In this document: positions 19,816 to 27,785 of the stretch, one piece after another | Layout: the number at the start of each line of letters is the position of its first letter | Position numbering within the stretch: position 1 is the stretch's first letter | Assembly: GCA_024654025.1 (NCBI GenBank) | Contig: JANLIR010000005.1 | Coordinates: forward strand, 1,174-65,173 | Origin: Candidatus Wolfebacteria bacterium | GTDB lineage: Bacteria > Patescibacteriota > Minisyncoccia > UBA6257 > UBA9933 | DNA length: 64,000 nucleotides | Direction: 5' to 3' | Made by a program: the position numbers and the translations under genes | The notes under the pieces: generated by a model | Database searches by the model: none | Told to the model about the DNA's origin: nothing | Seen by the model: the letters and a program-made list of their open reading frames with translations, nothing else

Positions 19816-20655
19816 ATGAAAAATATTGTTGTTATTTATCACAATGACGAAGACGGCTTTGCCGGCGCTTGGGTAGCGTGGAAAAAATTTAAAAATAAAG
19901 CAAAATATATAGCCGCCGGCTATTCAAATCCTCCAAAAAATAATTTCAAAAATAAAGAGATTTATTTAATAGATTTCTGTTTTAATAGCGCGGAATCGAT
20001 GAAAAAATTATTAAAAAACAATAAAAAGGTAATAGTTGTAGATCATCATATATCAGCAAAAAAACTGGTGGAAATTTCAACCGAAAATCGCTTTGATATT
20101 AATCACTCCGGCTGTGTCTTGGCTTGGAAATATTTTTTTCCTAAAAAATCCGTTCCAAAATTGCTGCAGCACATCGAAGATATGGATTTATGGAAATTTA
20201 AAAAGAAAAATACTCGAGAAATCATTGCGTCTTTGGATACATATGAATTTAAATTTTCAATATGGAATAAGGTCGTAAAGGCTTTGGAAAATCATTCCTC
20301 TACAAAGAAATATATTGATGAAGGCAGGGCGATAGTAAAATATCAAGATACTTTAATTAAGAAGCTCGCTGATGGGGGAATAGAGGTTAAACTAGATAAA
20401 AAAAGGGCTGTATCGGTTAATTCCCCAATTTTAATTTCAGAAATCGGAAATTATATATATTCAAAAAAAGGAAAAATTGGTTTGGTCTGGTCATCAGAAA
20501 ATGGCAAAGTCAGAGTATCGCTAAGGTCGCAAAAAGGAGTAGACGTGTCAAAAATCGCAAAAAATTATGGTGGGGGAGGCCATAAACAAGCAAGCGGATT
20601 TTCGTTTGATTATGAATTTAATTTTCCTTGGAAACCAGTAAAAAAATATGGATAA
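19816..20655 (+). CDS. DHH/DHHA1 phosphoesterase
   Basis: YHNDEDG, DHH, SLRS, GGGGHKQASG. Confidence 0.92.
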   Translation: MKNIVVIYHNDEDGFAGAWVAWKKFKNKAKYIAAGYSNPPKNNFKNKEIYLIDFCFNSAESMKKLLKNNKKVIVVDHHISAKKLVEISTENRFDINHSGCVLAWKYFFPKKSVPKLLQHIEDMDLWKFKKKNTREIIASLDTYEFKFSIWNKVVKALENHSSTKKYIDEGRAIVKYQDTLIKKLADGGIEVKLDKKRAVSVNSPILISEIGNYIYSKKGKIGLVWSSENGKVRVSLRSQKGVDVSKIAKNYGGGGHKQASGFSFDYEFNFPWKPVKKYG

Positions 20656-21067
20656 AATTACAATTTATTGCGACGGAGGAAGCAGGGGAAACCCTGGCCC
20701 GGCGGCGCTGGGCGTATATATTCCCGATTTTAAAAAAGAATATTCCCAATATTTAGGCAAAACCACTAATAACGACGCCGAATACCAGGCGATAATCTTC
20801 GCTCTCAAAAAAATAAAACAACTCGTAGGTAAAGCAAAAACCAAAAAAACAGAGGTTGAAATAAAAGCCGATAGCGAACTTATCGTGAACCAATTAAACG
20901 GCGAATATAAAATAAAGGAAAAAAGTTTAATTCCGTTTTTTATCGAAATTTGGAATTTGAAACAAGATTTTAAAAAGATAAATTTTAAGCACATTCCTCG
21001 CGAGCAAAATACTCGCGCCGATTTTTTAGTAAACAAGGAACTCAACTCTCAAAACTCATTATTTTAA
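20648..21067 (+). CDS. rnhA: Ribonuclease HI family
   Basis: DGGSRGNPG, TNNDAEY, DSEL, PREQN-AD. Confidence 0.92.
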   Translation: MDKITIYCDGGSRGNPGPAALGVYIPDFKKEYSQYLGKTTNNDAEYQAIIFALKKIKQLVGKAKTKKTEVEIKADSELIVNQLNGEYKIKEKSLIPFFIEIWNLKQDFKKINFKHIPREQNTRADFLVNKELNSQNSLF

Positions 21068-21077
21068 AGATTTTTAA

Positions 21078-21117
21078 TTTACTACAATAGCCAGCGATCG
21101 CTGGCTATTGTAGTAAA
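21078..21117. repeat. Perfect 40-bp palindrome
   Basis: TTTACTACAATAGCCAGCGA|TCGCTGGCTATTGTAGTAAA. Confidence 0.9.
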
Positions 21118-21161
21118 ATGTGGATAACTCGATAACTTATAAATGAAATGATTTAGGCGAT

Positions 21162-21198
21162 AAAAAAACACCGCTCCGACGAAAAGTCGGGGCGGTGT
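21162..21198 (-). terminator. Intrinsic terminator after rnpB
   Basis: ACACCGCCCCGAC-TTTTC-GTCGGAGCGGTGT followed by a T run on the minus strand. Confidence 0.8.
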
Positions 21199-21199
21199 G

Positions 21200-21648
21200 G
21201 CTGGCAAGTGGTAAGCCGGATTCTGTTTCTAAACGATAATTTATCTGGTCCCTCGATTACTCTCAGGATCTAGCCCTTCGATAAACTTAGGGCAATAGCG
21301 GCACTCCCCGCTAAAAGCGGGACACGACCTTGCACCCAGTAAGGATTTAGCCGTTTCATTTCTGTCTTTTTATCCTTATGACAGAACTAAGCCTTCTACG
21401 TTAGGATTGGGCTTTCCTTCAGCTTTCGCATCAGGACGTTTCTGTTCGCACCTCTCGCATTTCCTTCGACGGGTCATTCGACTCTGAGAGTCTCAGACTC
21501 GATGAGCTCAGGATAACCCTGAGTAAAGCCGAAGGGTTTCTGCGGCAGGCTGTTAGCCTGTACAATTTTTGATCCGCCTTTGAGCGGAAAAGGGTGTCCG
21601 GACTTTCCTCTCCAACTCTTAAGTTAGAGTAACCGTTCCCTTACCAGC
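21200..21648 (-). ncRNA. rnpB: RNase P RNA with palindromic insertions
   Basis: GAGGAAAGTCCGG and ACAGAATCCGGCTTA conserved motifs; terminal GCTGGTAAG/CTTGCCAGC P1 helix. Confidence 0.95.
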
Positions 21649-21655
21649 TTTGGCA

Positions 21656-21684
21656 ATTATACCACCAAAATTTTATTCGGTCAA
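21656..21684 (-). promoter_or_regulatory. Sigma70 promoter of rnpB
   Basis: TTGACC-17 nt-TATAAT with extended -10 TG, 7 nt upstream of P1. Confidence 0.8.
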
Positions 21685-21811
21685 CCCCGCACCTTTAATG
21701 AATGGCGAAGCTTTGAAATTCTATAGATTTAAATTTTTATTATTAAATAACTATGTTTTATGCTTAGTTCGGCGGCTTCGGAAAGAATTTAAATTCATTA
21801 AAGGTGCGGGG
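21685..21811. mobile_element. MITE-like element with perfect terminal inverted repeats
   Basis: CCCCGCACCTTTAATGAAT / ATTCATTAAAGGTGCGGGG flanked by TCAA direct repeats. Confidence 0.8.
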
Positions 21812-22238
21812 TCAACTTATTTTTTTTGACCATAATACTGTGGATTTCTTGAGTCAATTCATTATTGATTTTTATTAATCTATGAATTTCGTCCTGAATC
21901 TTTAAAAGCGCTTCAGCGTCTTGATATGTTTGAAGCGCCTGCTTATCAGCGGCTTGCGCGGCTACTTTTTGGCCAACCATAATAACTGAAAGAAGAACTA
22001 GTTGTAAAAATGTTTGAGCAATCCATGATATAAGAGTTGGCGTTCCTCCTAAAATAGCAGCCGGAAGGCTTATAAGCGCTATGATAGCAAAAAGGTATGC
22101 GCACCACATTGTACCAACTGCGCCGGTTATTAACACTGCTAAACGGCCATTAAATCCAGCATGCTCATGCTTTGTCAAATGAGGACCGGATTTTGTCCGT
22201 TCTTCAATTCGAGGATTTGGAATGTGTATTATTTTCAT
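21798..22238 (-). CDS. DUF1003-like membrane protein
   Basis: VGTMWCAYLF and QTFLQLVLLSVIMVGQ; stop codon lies within the MITE arm. Confidence 0.75.
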   Translation of the reverse strand: MKIIHIPNPRIEERTKSGPHLTKHEHAGFNGRLAVLITGAVGTMWCAYLFAIIALISLPAAILGGTPTLISWIAQTFLQLVLLSVIMVGQKVAAQAADKQALQTYQDAEALLKIQDEIHRLIKINNELTQEIHSIMVKKNKLTPHL

Positions 22239-22263
22239 ATTACGATACCTTTATTCTTTAAAA

Positions 22264-23238
22264 TTATACCATAAATTTATTAATTTTATCCATAAGAATA
22301 AGCCACGTTTTAGCCGACATCAAATCAGATCTTATTTCTTTGGATCCTTTAAATCCGGAAATATAGCCCTTTAGGTATTTTTTTACCATATTGATACTCC
22401 GCGTCTTGCCGTAACATTTATTGAATAATTGTACGTGAAATTTTAATAATTCCAGCCTTTCCTCTAAAGAAATAGTTGCGAAATCTTTACTTTCGTTGAA
22501 AAACCACGGATTGGACAAAACCGCCCTCCCAATCATCACGCCGTCAACTCCGTAAGTTTTCGCTTTTTCATAAGCGTCTTTTGAATCGTTTATATCTCCG
22601 TTTCCCAAAATTAAAGTTTTGCTTTTATGATCATTATTATATTTCTTGGCGATTTTGACCCCTTCGCCGATCGCGTCCCAACCCGCCGGAACTTTTGACA
22701 TTTCTTTTTTTGTCCGGCCGTGGATTGTTATTGTCGCAGGTTCAGCTTTTAAAAGATAGAGTATCCATTTTTTAATAATATTTTTATCATAACCAATTCT
22801 GGTTTTAACTGATACCGGAATTTTACCGGCGCCTTTTTTCGTAGCCTCAATAATCTTTTGCGCTAAAAGGGGATTAAGAATAAGCTCTGCGCCGGCTCCG
22901 GCTTTAACTACTTTTTTATCCGGACAACCCATATTTATATCAATACCGTCAAAGCCCAGCTTAGAAATAATTTTTGCCGATTCGTAAAATTTTTCCGGAT
23001 CAGTGCCCCAGATTTGAGCCACAATCGGCCGTTCTTTTTGGGAAAATTTCAAATATCGGCGTATTAATTTTTCTCTCGATTCTTTATGGGTAAGTCCGTC
23101 AACCGAAACAAATTCCGTAAACATAACGTCAGGTTTTCCGCATTTGCAGACCACTTGCCTAAAAACGGTATCCGTTACGTCCAGCATGGGCGCCATAACT
23201 AAAATCGGCTTTCTTATTTTTTCCCAAAAATTATTCAT
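22264..23238 (-). CDS. dus: tRNA-dihydrouridine synthase
   Basis: APM, DINMGCP, SVKTR, HGRT, NGD, MIGRA. Confidence 0.95.
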   Translation of the reverse strand: MNNFWEKIRKPILVMAPMLDVTDTVFRQVVCKCGKPDVMFTEFVSVDGLTHKESREKLIRRYLKFSQKERPIVAQIWGTDPEKFYESAKIISKLGFDGIDINMGCPDKKVVKAGAGAELILNPLLAQKIIEATKKGAGKIPVSVKTRIGYDKNIIKKWILYLLKAEPATITIHGRTKKEMSKVPAGWDAIGEGVKIAKKYNNDHKSKTLILGNGDINDSKDAYEKAKTYGVDGVMIGRAVLSNPWFFNESKDFATISLEERLELLKFHVQLFNKCYGKTRSINMVKKYLKGYISGFKGSKEIRSDLMSAKTWLILMDKINKFMV

Positions 23239-23316
23239 ATTTAAAAAGTAAGCTAATTTTTAAAATTAGCGATTTTTTGGAGTTTTGTCCATCAAATAAA
23301 ACTAAACACGGTTTTT

Positions 23317-23712
23317 TTATATTATAATTTCCTTTATTTTCTTTCCAATTTCTTTTGGATCCGAATAAAAAATAATTGAAGCGGCAATTCCTTTAAGCGT
23401 GGTGGAAATTTCCGATCCGGATACCGCGATAACATAAATCGGCTTGTTTTTTGCGTACGCATATCCGGCCTCTATTCCTAATCCCGTTCCTTTTTCGGAA
23501 AATTCTAAAATTAAAATATCGCAATCATCTATTTGTTTGAAAGATAATCGCATAAGCTCTTTGGGAGAATATGTTTTATTACCCCAATCTTCAAAATCTC
23601 TAGCCATTATTACGGTCTCTATTCCGTTTTCTTTTAAAGACTCTGAGATATCTTCGATTAATTTTCTGTTTCTGCCGTCAGAATAAAATTTATGCGCTAA
23701 ATAAGCTTTCAT
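23317..23712 (-). CDS. Nucleoside 2-deoxyribosyltransferase-like protein
   Basis: YLA start; IDDCD; GTGLGIEAGYAYAKNKP. Confidence 0.8.
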   Translation of the reverse strand: MKAYLAHKFYSDGRNRKLIEDISESLKENGIETVIMARDFEDWGNKTYSPKELMRLSFKQIDDCDILILEFSEKGTGLGIEAGYAYAKNKPIYVIAVSGSEISTTLKGIAASIIFYSDPKEIGKKIKEIII

Positions 23713-23719
23713 AAAAAAT

Positions 23720-25501
23720 TTATTTTGCTTTTGACTTGTCGGACTTCGTTAAAAACTGTTTTCTTAACCGAACGCTTTTCGGGGTGATTTCCAGATATTC
23801 GTCTTCGGCCATAACCTCAAGCCCGCGCTCAATAGTAAGCTCAAAAGGAGGCGTAAGAACTATCGCTTCATCGGAACCGGACGCCCGCATGTTAGATAAT
23901 TGTTTTCCTTTTGTCGGATTTACGTCCATATTAATTCCTTTTGATGTGTTGCCGATAACCATACCAACATAAACGTTTATCCCTGGATTAATATAAAGCA
24001 TGCCGCGTTCTTGAAGCCCCCACAGCGAATATCCTAAAACTTTTCCGTTTGCCATAGAAACCATTGATCCCAAAGTCCTTCTGCGAATTTCTCCGGCGTA
24101 TGGTTTGAATCCCAAAACGCGCGAAGACATAATTCCTTCTCCTTTTGTATCCACCACAAATTGATTTCTATATCCCAAAAGTCCGCGTGTCGGGCCTTCA
24201 AACGTTAATCTCATAATATCAGCGTGCTGAAAAATATTTTTTAGCACAAACGCGCGCGTGCCCAAACGCTCGATAATCGTGCCTTGAAATCTTTCAGGAG
24301 CGTCGATAATAACCTCTTCAAACGGCTCGAGTTTCACGCCGTTTTCTTCTTTGGTAATTACACGCGGTTGAGAGACTTGAACTTCGTATCCGGCGCGCCG
24401 CATATTTTCCAATAAGATCGCGATATGGAGTTCTCCGCGTCCGTAAACCTGAAATATATCCGCCGTGGAAAATTCCACGCGTAAACCGACATTTACTTCA
24501 AGTTCGCGCTTCAAATATTCTCTAATCTCGCGAGAGGTTATATGTTTTCCTTCCCGGCCCATAAAAGGGGAGTTGTTAACCAAAAAATTGAGCGTGATGG
24601 TCGGTTCGTCAATCGCGATAGCCGGAAGCGGCTCTGCGTTTGCGTCGTTTGTTATAGTTTCGCCGATGTCGATATCGGGAATTCCGGCAATAAGCGCGAT
24701 ATCGCCCGCCTCTGCCTCTGTTGAATCTATCCGCTCCAAACCGTCAAAAGTAAAAATCTTCGTGAGTTTTCCGGAACGAATTTCGCCATCAGGTTTTTTA
24801 ATAAATATATTTTCACCCAATTTAAGAACGCCTTCGTACACGCGTCCTACAGCCATGCGTCCTATAAAATTGTCGTAGGCGAGATTGAACGGCTGAAACC
24901 TAAGCGGTTTTTCTTTAAGCGCGCCAGACGAAGCGCAAGGAACGTGAGAAAGAATAGTTTCTAAAAGCGGCGTGAGATCTTTTGATTCATCGGTTAATTT
25001 AAGTTTCGCGATTCCTTCGCGGCCGATTGCGTATACGATTGGAAAATCTTCTTGTTCTTTATTCGCTCCAAGTTCTATAAAAAGCTCAAGGACTTGTTCT
25101 TCGGCGTGCCCGGGGTCTGCCGCTGATTTGTCTATTTTATTTATTACGACAATCGGCTTTAATCCAAGTTCCAAAGATTTTTTTAAAACGAACCGAGTTT
25201 GCGGCATCGGGCCTTCTTGAGCGTCCACAACAAGAAGCACCGAATCAATTGAACGCAAGACACGTTCGACTTCTGAACCGAAATCGGCATGGCCGGGAGT
25301 GTCAACAATATTTATTTTTGTGCCTTTATACATAATCGCCGCGTTTTTTGAATAAATAGTAATTCCGCGTTCAAGTTCAAGAACGTTCGAATCCATCGAA
25401 ACCCCTTCTTTAAAAGCGCCTGTCTGACGCAACAGGGCATCGGTCAAAGTTGTTTTGCCGTGGTCAACGTGAGCGATGATTGCAATATTTCGTATTTCCA
25501 T
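23720..25501 (-). CDS. typA: Translational GTPase TypA/BipA
   Basis: AHVDHGKTT, DTPGHADFG, GRGELH, EITPKSVRLRK. Confidence 0.97.
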   Translation of the reverse strand: MEIRNIAIIAHVDHGKTTLTDALLRQTGAFKEGVSMDSNVLELERGITIYSKNAAIMYKGTKINIVDTPGHADFGSEVERVLRSIDSVLLVVDAQEGPMPQTRFVLKKSLELGLKPIVVINKIDKSAADPGHAEEQVLELFIELGANKEQEDFPIVYAIGREGIAKLKLTDESKDLTPLLETILSHVPCASSGALKEKPLRFQPFNLAYDNFIGRMAVGRVYEGVLKLGENIFIKKPDGEIRSGKLTKIFTFDGLERIDSTEAEAGDIALIAGIPDIDIGETITNDANAEPLPAIAIDEPTITLNFLVNNSPFMGREGKHITSREIREYLKRELEVNVGLRVEFSTADIFQVYGRGELHIAILLENMRRAGYEVQVSQPRVITKEENGVKLEPFEEVIIDAPERFQGTIIERLGTRAFVLKNIFQHADIMRLTFEGPTRGLLGYRNQFVVDTKGEGIMSSRVLGFKPYAGEIRRRTLGSMVSMANGKVLGYSLWGLQERGMLYINPGINVYVGMVIGNTSKGINMDVNPTKGKQLSNMRASGSDEAIVLTPPFELTIERGLEVMAEDEYLEITPKSVRLRKQFLTKSDKSKAK

Positions 25502-25754
25502 AAAAAATAGGCCTCCAGGCCGATAAAAAATAATTATAATACAACTTCAAAATTTAATCAAGGCTTATTTCTGCCTTATTTCCTCTGCGAGAAAATAAAG
25601 TAAGAGGTAAGAAAAGAGAATGCGATTAATCTTATCCGCAGATTAGTTAAACAATATATCTAATGAAATTGGCTCTGACATATTTTATAATATTTCGCTA
25701 CCGGGCTAGGCATTCCTACATTTTTAACGCAGAACCTTACGATTCCGCCCTGAG

Positions 25755-25825
25755 CTGCGGGGCTAGGACTCGAACCTAGATGACATGATTCAGAGTCATG
25801 TATCCTACCGTTAGATGACCCCGCA
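25755..25825 (-). tRNA. Intact inner tRNA-Gln(CTG)
   Basis: 71-nt cloverleaf: TGCGGGG/CCCCGCA, CATGA-CTCTGAA-TCATG, CTAGG-TTCGAGT-CCTAG. Confidence 0.95.
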
Positions 25826-25827
25826 GC

Positions 25828-26066
25828 TCAGGAAAGAATTCCATCAAGCCATTTTCTGCCTTGTCCTGATTTTAAAAACTTTCCCGTTTTATTGCTTCAG
25901 ATCGCGTAGCGTATTGTTCTTTATAAATAAGCATCCAAGGCTTTCTTCCGCTAGTATACCTGCATTTGCCTTTATTATGTTCGTCTACTCTTTTTACCAC
26001 ATTATCTGTTGAGCCAATATATCTATTATTATGACTTGAGCTTAAAATAACATAAACATAAAACAT
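25828..26066 (-). CDS. Small GIY-YIG nuclease (UPF0213-like); stop at 25872, C-terminus continues in -1 frame to 25828
   Basis: YVYVI-YIGST-RVDEH-AIKRE; -1 frame reads FLKSGQGRKWL, a typical C-terminus of this family. Confidence 0.85.
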
Positions 26067-26265
26067 ATTAGAGCAGGGATTCTCCGCCGGAGGCCTCGCC
26101 TGAGGCGAGTGCGCCTTTGGCGCAGAACCTAGATGACATGATTCTTAGCCGGAGGCTAATGCGCCTTTGGCGCAAGAGTCCATAGTGCTACCATTACACT
26201 ACCCGGCAATACGAATATTCTACTGAAAATTCAATTATTTTCAACCCTGCTTAGTACAATTGGAG

Positions 26266-26295
26266 TTATCCACAAAATTTTGGGTTTTATCCACA
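26266..26295 (+). promoter_or_regulatory. Two DnaA-box consensus sites
   Basis: TTATCCACA at 26266 and 26287. Confidence 0.45.
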
Positions 26296-26313
26296 AGTTG
26301 CCCACTTTTTTTA

Positions 26314-26480
26314 TTGAAACAGCAACTAATAGCCATATAATAAAAAGGTAATATAAAACATTATATGCCACCAAATAAAACGAAGGCGCTAACGTCGAAA
26401 TTGAGTAGAGGTTCTGTTTTTTTTCTGGCAATAATAAAATCGGTATTTTTTTACGGGAGCCCATTTTGCGGGCTTTTTTG
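26314..26480 (+). promoter_or_regulatory. Promoter and leader terminator of the TasA-like operon
   Basis: TTGAAA-16-TATAAT; AGCCC-ATTTTGC-GGGCT-TTTTT upstream of the first gene. Confidence 0.55.
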
Positions 26481-26598
26481 TTTCTCTAAAAATAAAATAG
26501 CGAAAAGATTTTTTAATTAAAGGTCGGGAAAAATCAATAAAATTAAAAAGGTCGAAAGATACAAAATAAAAGGTTGAAATAAATTAAACAATAAAACA

Positions 26599-27627
26599 AT
26601 GAATAAAAAAATTTTACTAAGCGTTAGCGCGATTGTTGCGATTGTGGCGGTTGCCGCCGTGGCAACAACAGCATACTTTTCCGATACGCAAACAGCGACC
26701 GGAAATACTTTTTCGGCTGGAACAATTGAAATGCAGGTTAATTGGGACAAAACAATTCCAATCCAACTGGCGGACATGAAGCCGAGCCAGGTTGGATATA
26801 CCAATTTTACGGTACTAAATGTTGGCAGCGATCCGATTAACGTAACCAAGGAAATAAACGTTACTAATCGGGAAACAGTTGACGTTAATCGGCCAGAATG
26901 TATTGCCGAAGGAGGACAATGGACTAATGGCGAATGTTCAAATAATACTTCGAAAAACGACATTGATTCTGTGCTCCAATACGATTTATCGGTAAAAGTT
27001 TACAACACAAGCAGTGTATTAGCATGGAATCAAACATTGCGCGACATGGACAAAACAGTGGCAGAGCTCCAAGGACAAAAAATGTTTCTTGGTATGATTC
27101 CATCTGGCTGGCATATGGATGTGGTTGAGAGCTATCACATGAAAAGCGAGGCCGGCAACGAATATCAAAGCGATAAAATAACTTTTAATATCGTTTTAAC
27201 GGGAGAACAACTAAAGGGTACGCTGGTTATGTCCAATAAAGACCCGAATCGTCCGGTTACAGACGGCTGGTTTGTTTTGGGAACCAAAACCGGAACATTA
27301 ACATACGGCGTAAAGGACTCAACATTTAATTATAGCTTTACAGGAACTGCTCCGTTGGCGAGTACAGGCTATTCCTTGGTTATGTATGAAGAGCCGTTTT
27401 CCACTCCCTCTGCTTCAGGTTGGCCGAGAACTGTTAAAATTCTTGGCGCGGGCACAACAGACGGAAGCGGAGACTTAACTCTTAACGGTAATCCTGATAC
27501 CGGCGATATGCTTAATGCCAAAATTTGGCTTGTAAAAACCTCTGACTTGGTTGGCAGCACATTGAGCGGTTGGACTCCGGCTGACTATCTGTTTGAGACA
27601 GGAATGATTGATTACTACAAGTCATAA
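26599..27627 (+). CDS. TasA/CalY (camelysin)-like protein with SipW-type signal peptide
   Basis: TTA|YFSDTQTATGNTFSAGT SipW-cognate signature; AGNEYQSD. Confidence 0.85.
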   Translation: MNKKILLSVSAIVAIVAVAAVATTAYFSDTQTATGNTFSAGTIEMQVNWDKTIPIQLADMKPSQVGYTNFTVLNVGSDPINVTKEINVTNRETVDVNRPECIAEGGQWTNGECSNNTSKNDIDSVLQYDLSVKVYNTSSVLAWNQTLRDMDKTVAELQGQKMFLGMIPSGWHMDVVESYHMKSEAGNEYQSDKITFNIVLTGEQLKGTLVMSNKDPNRPVTDGWFVLGTKTGTLTYGVKDSTFNYSFTGTAPLASTGYSLVMYEEPFSTPSASGWPRTVKILGAGTTDGSGDLTLNGNPDTGDMLNAKIWLVKTSDLVGSTLSGWTPADYLFETGMIDYYKS

Positions 27628-27785
27628 TGATGTTTGAAATCAAAGTTAGAATTTGATTTCTTTTTGGTTGCTTCATAGATCGCCAAGAAAATAAAAGGAA
27701 ATGAAGCAACCGATAAAAAAATCAAAACAAAGAAAAACTAAAGAAAAATAAAGGTCGGTGTAATAAATATAATTTCAATAACTCA

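Larger units (their letters stand above)
25698..26208 (-). pseudogene. Fragmented outer tRNA-Gln(CTG): pieces 26208-26175, 26144-26125, 26082-26079, 25710-25698
   Basis: TGCCGGG..CCCGGTA acceptor, GTGT-AATGGTA-GCAC D arm, CTCT|GAA anticodon loop, CTAGG-TTC|GAAT|CCTAG T arm; three insertions; anticodon stem imperfect. Confidence 0.7.

Noticed and set aside
26266-26295. oriC suggested by paired DnaA boxes
   Set aside because: Only two boxes and no dnaA/dnaN nearby; single boxes are also scattered at 21119 and 49277
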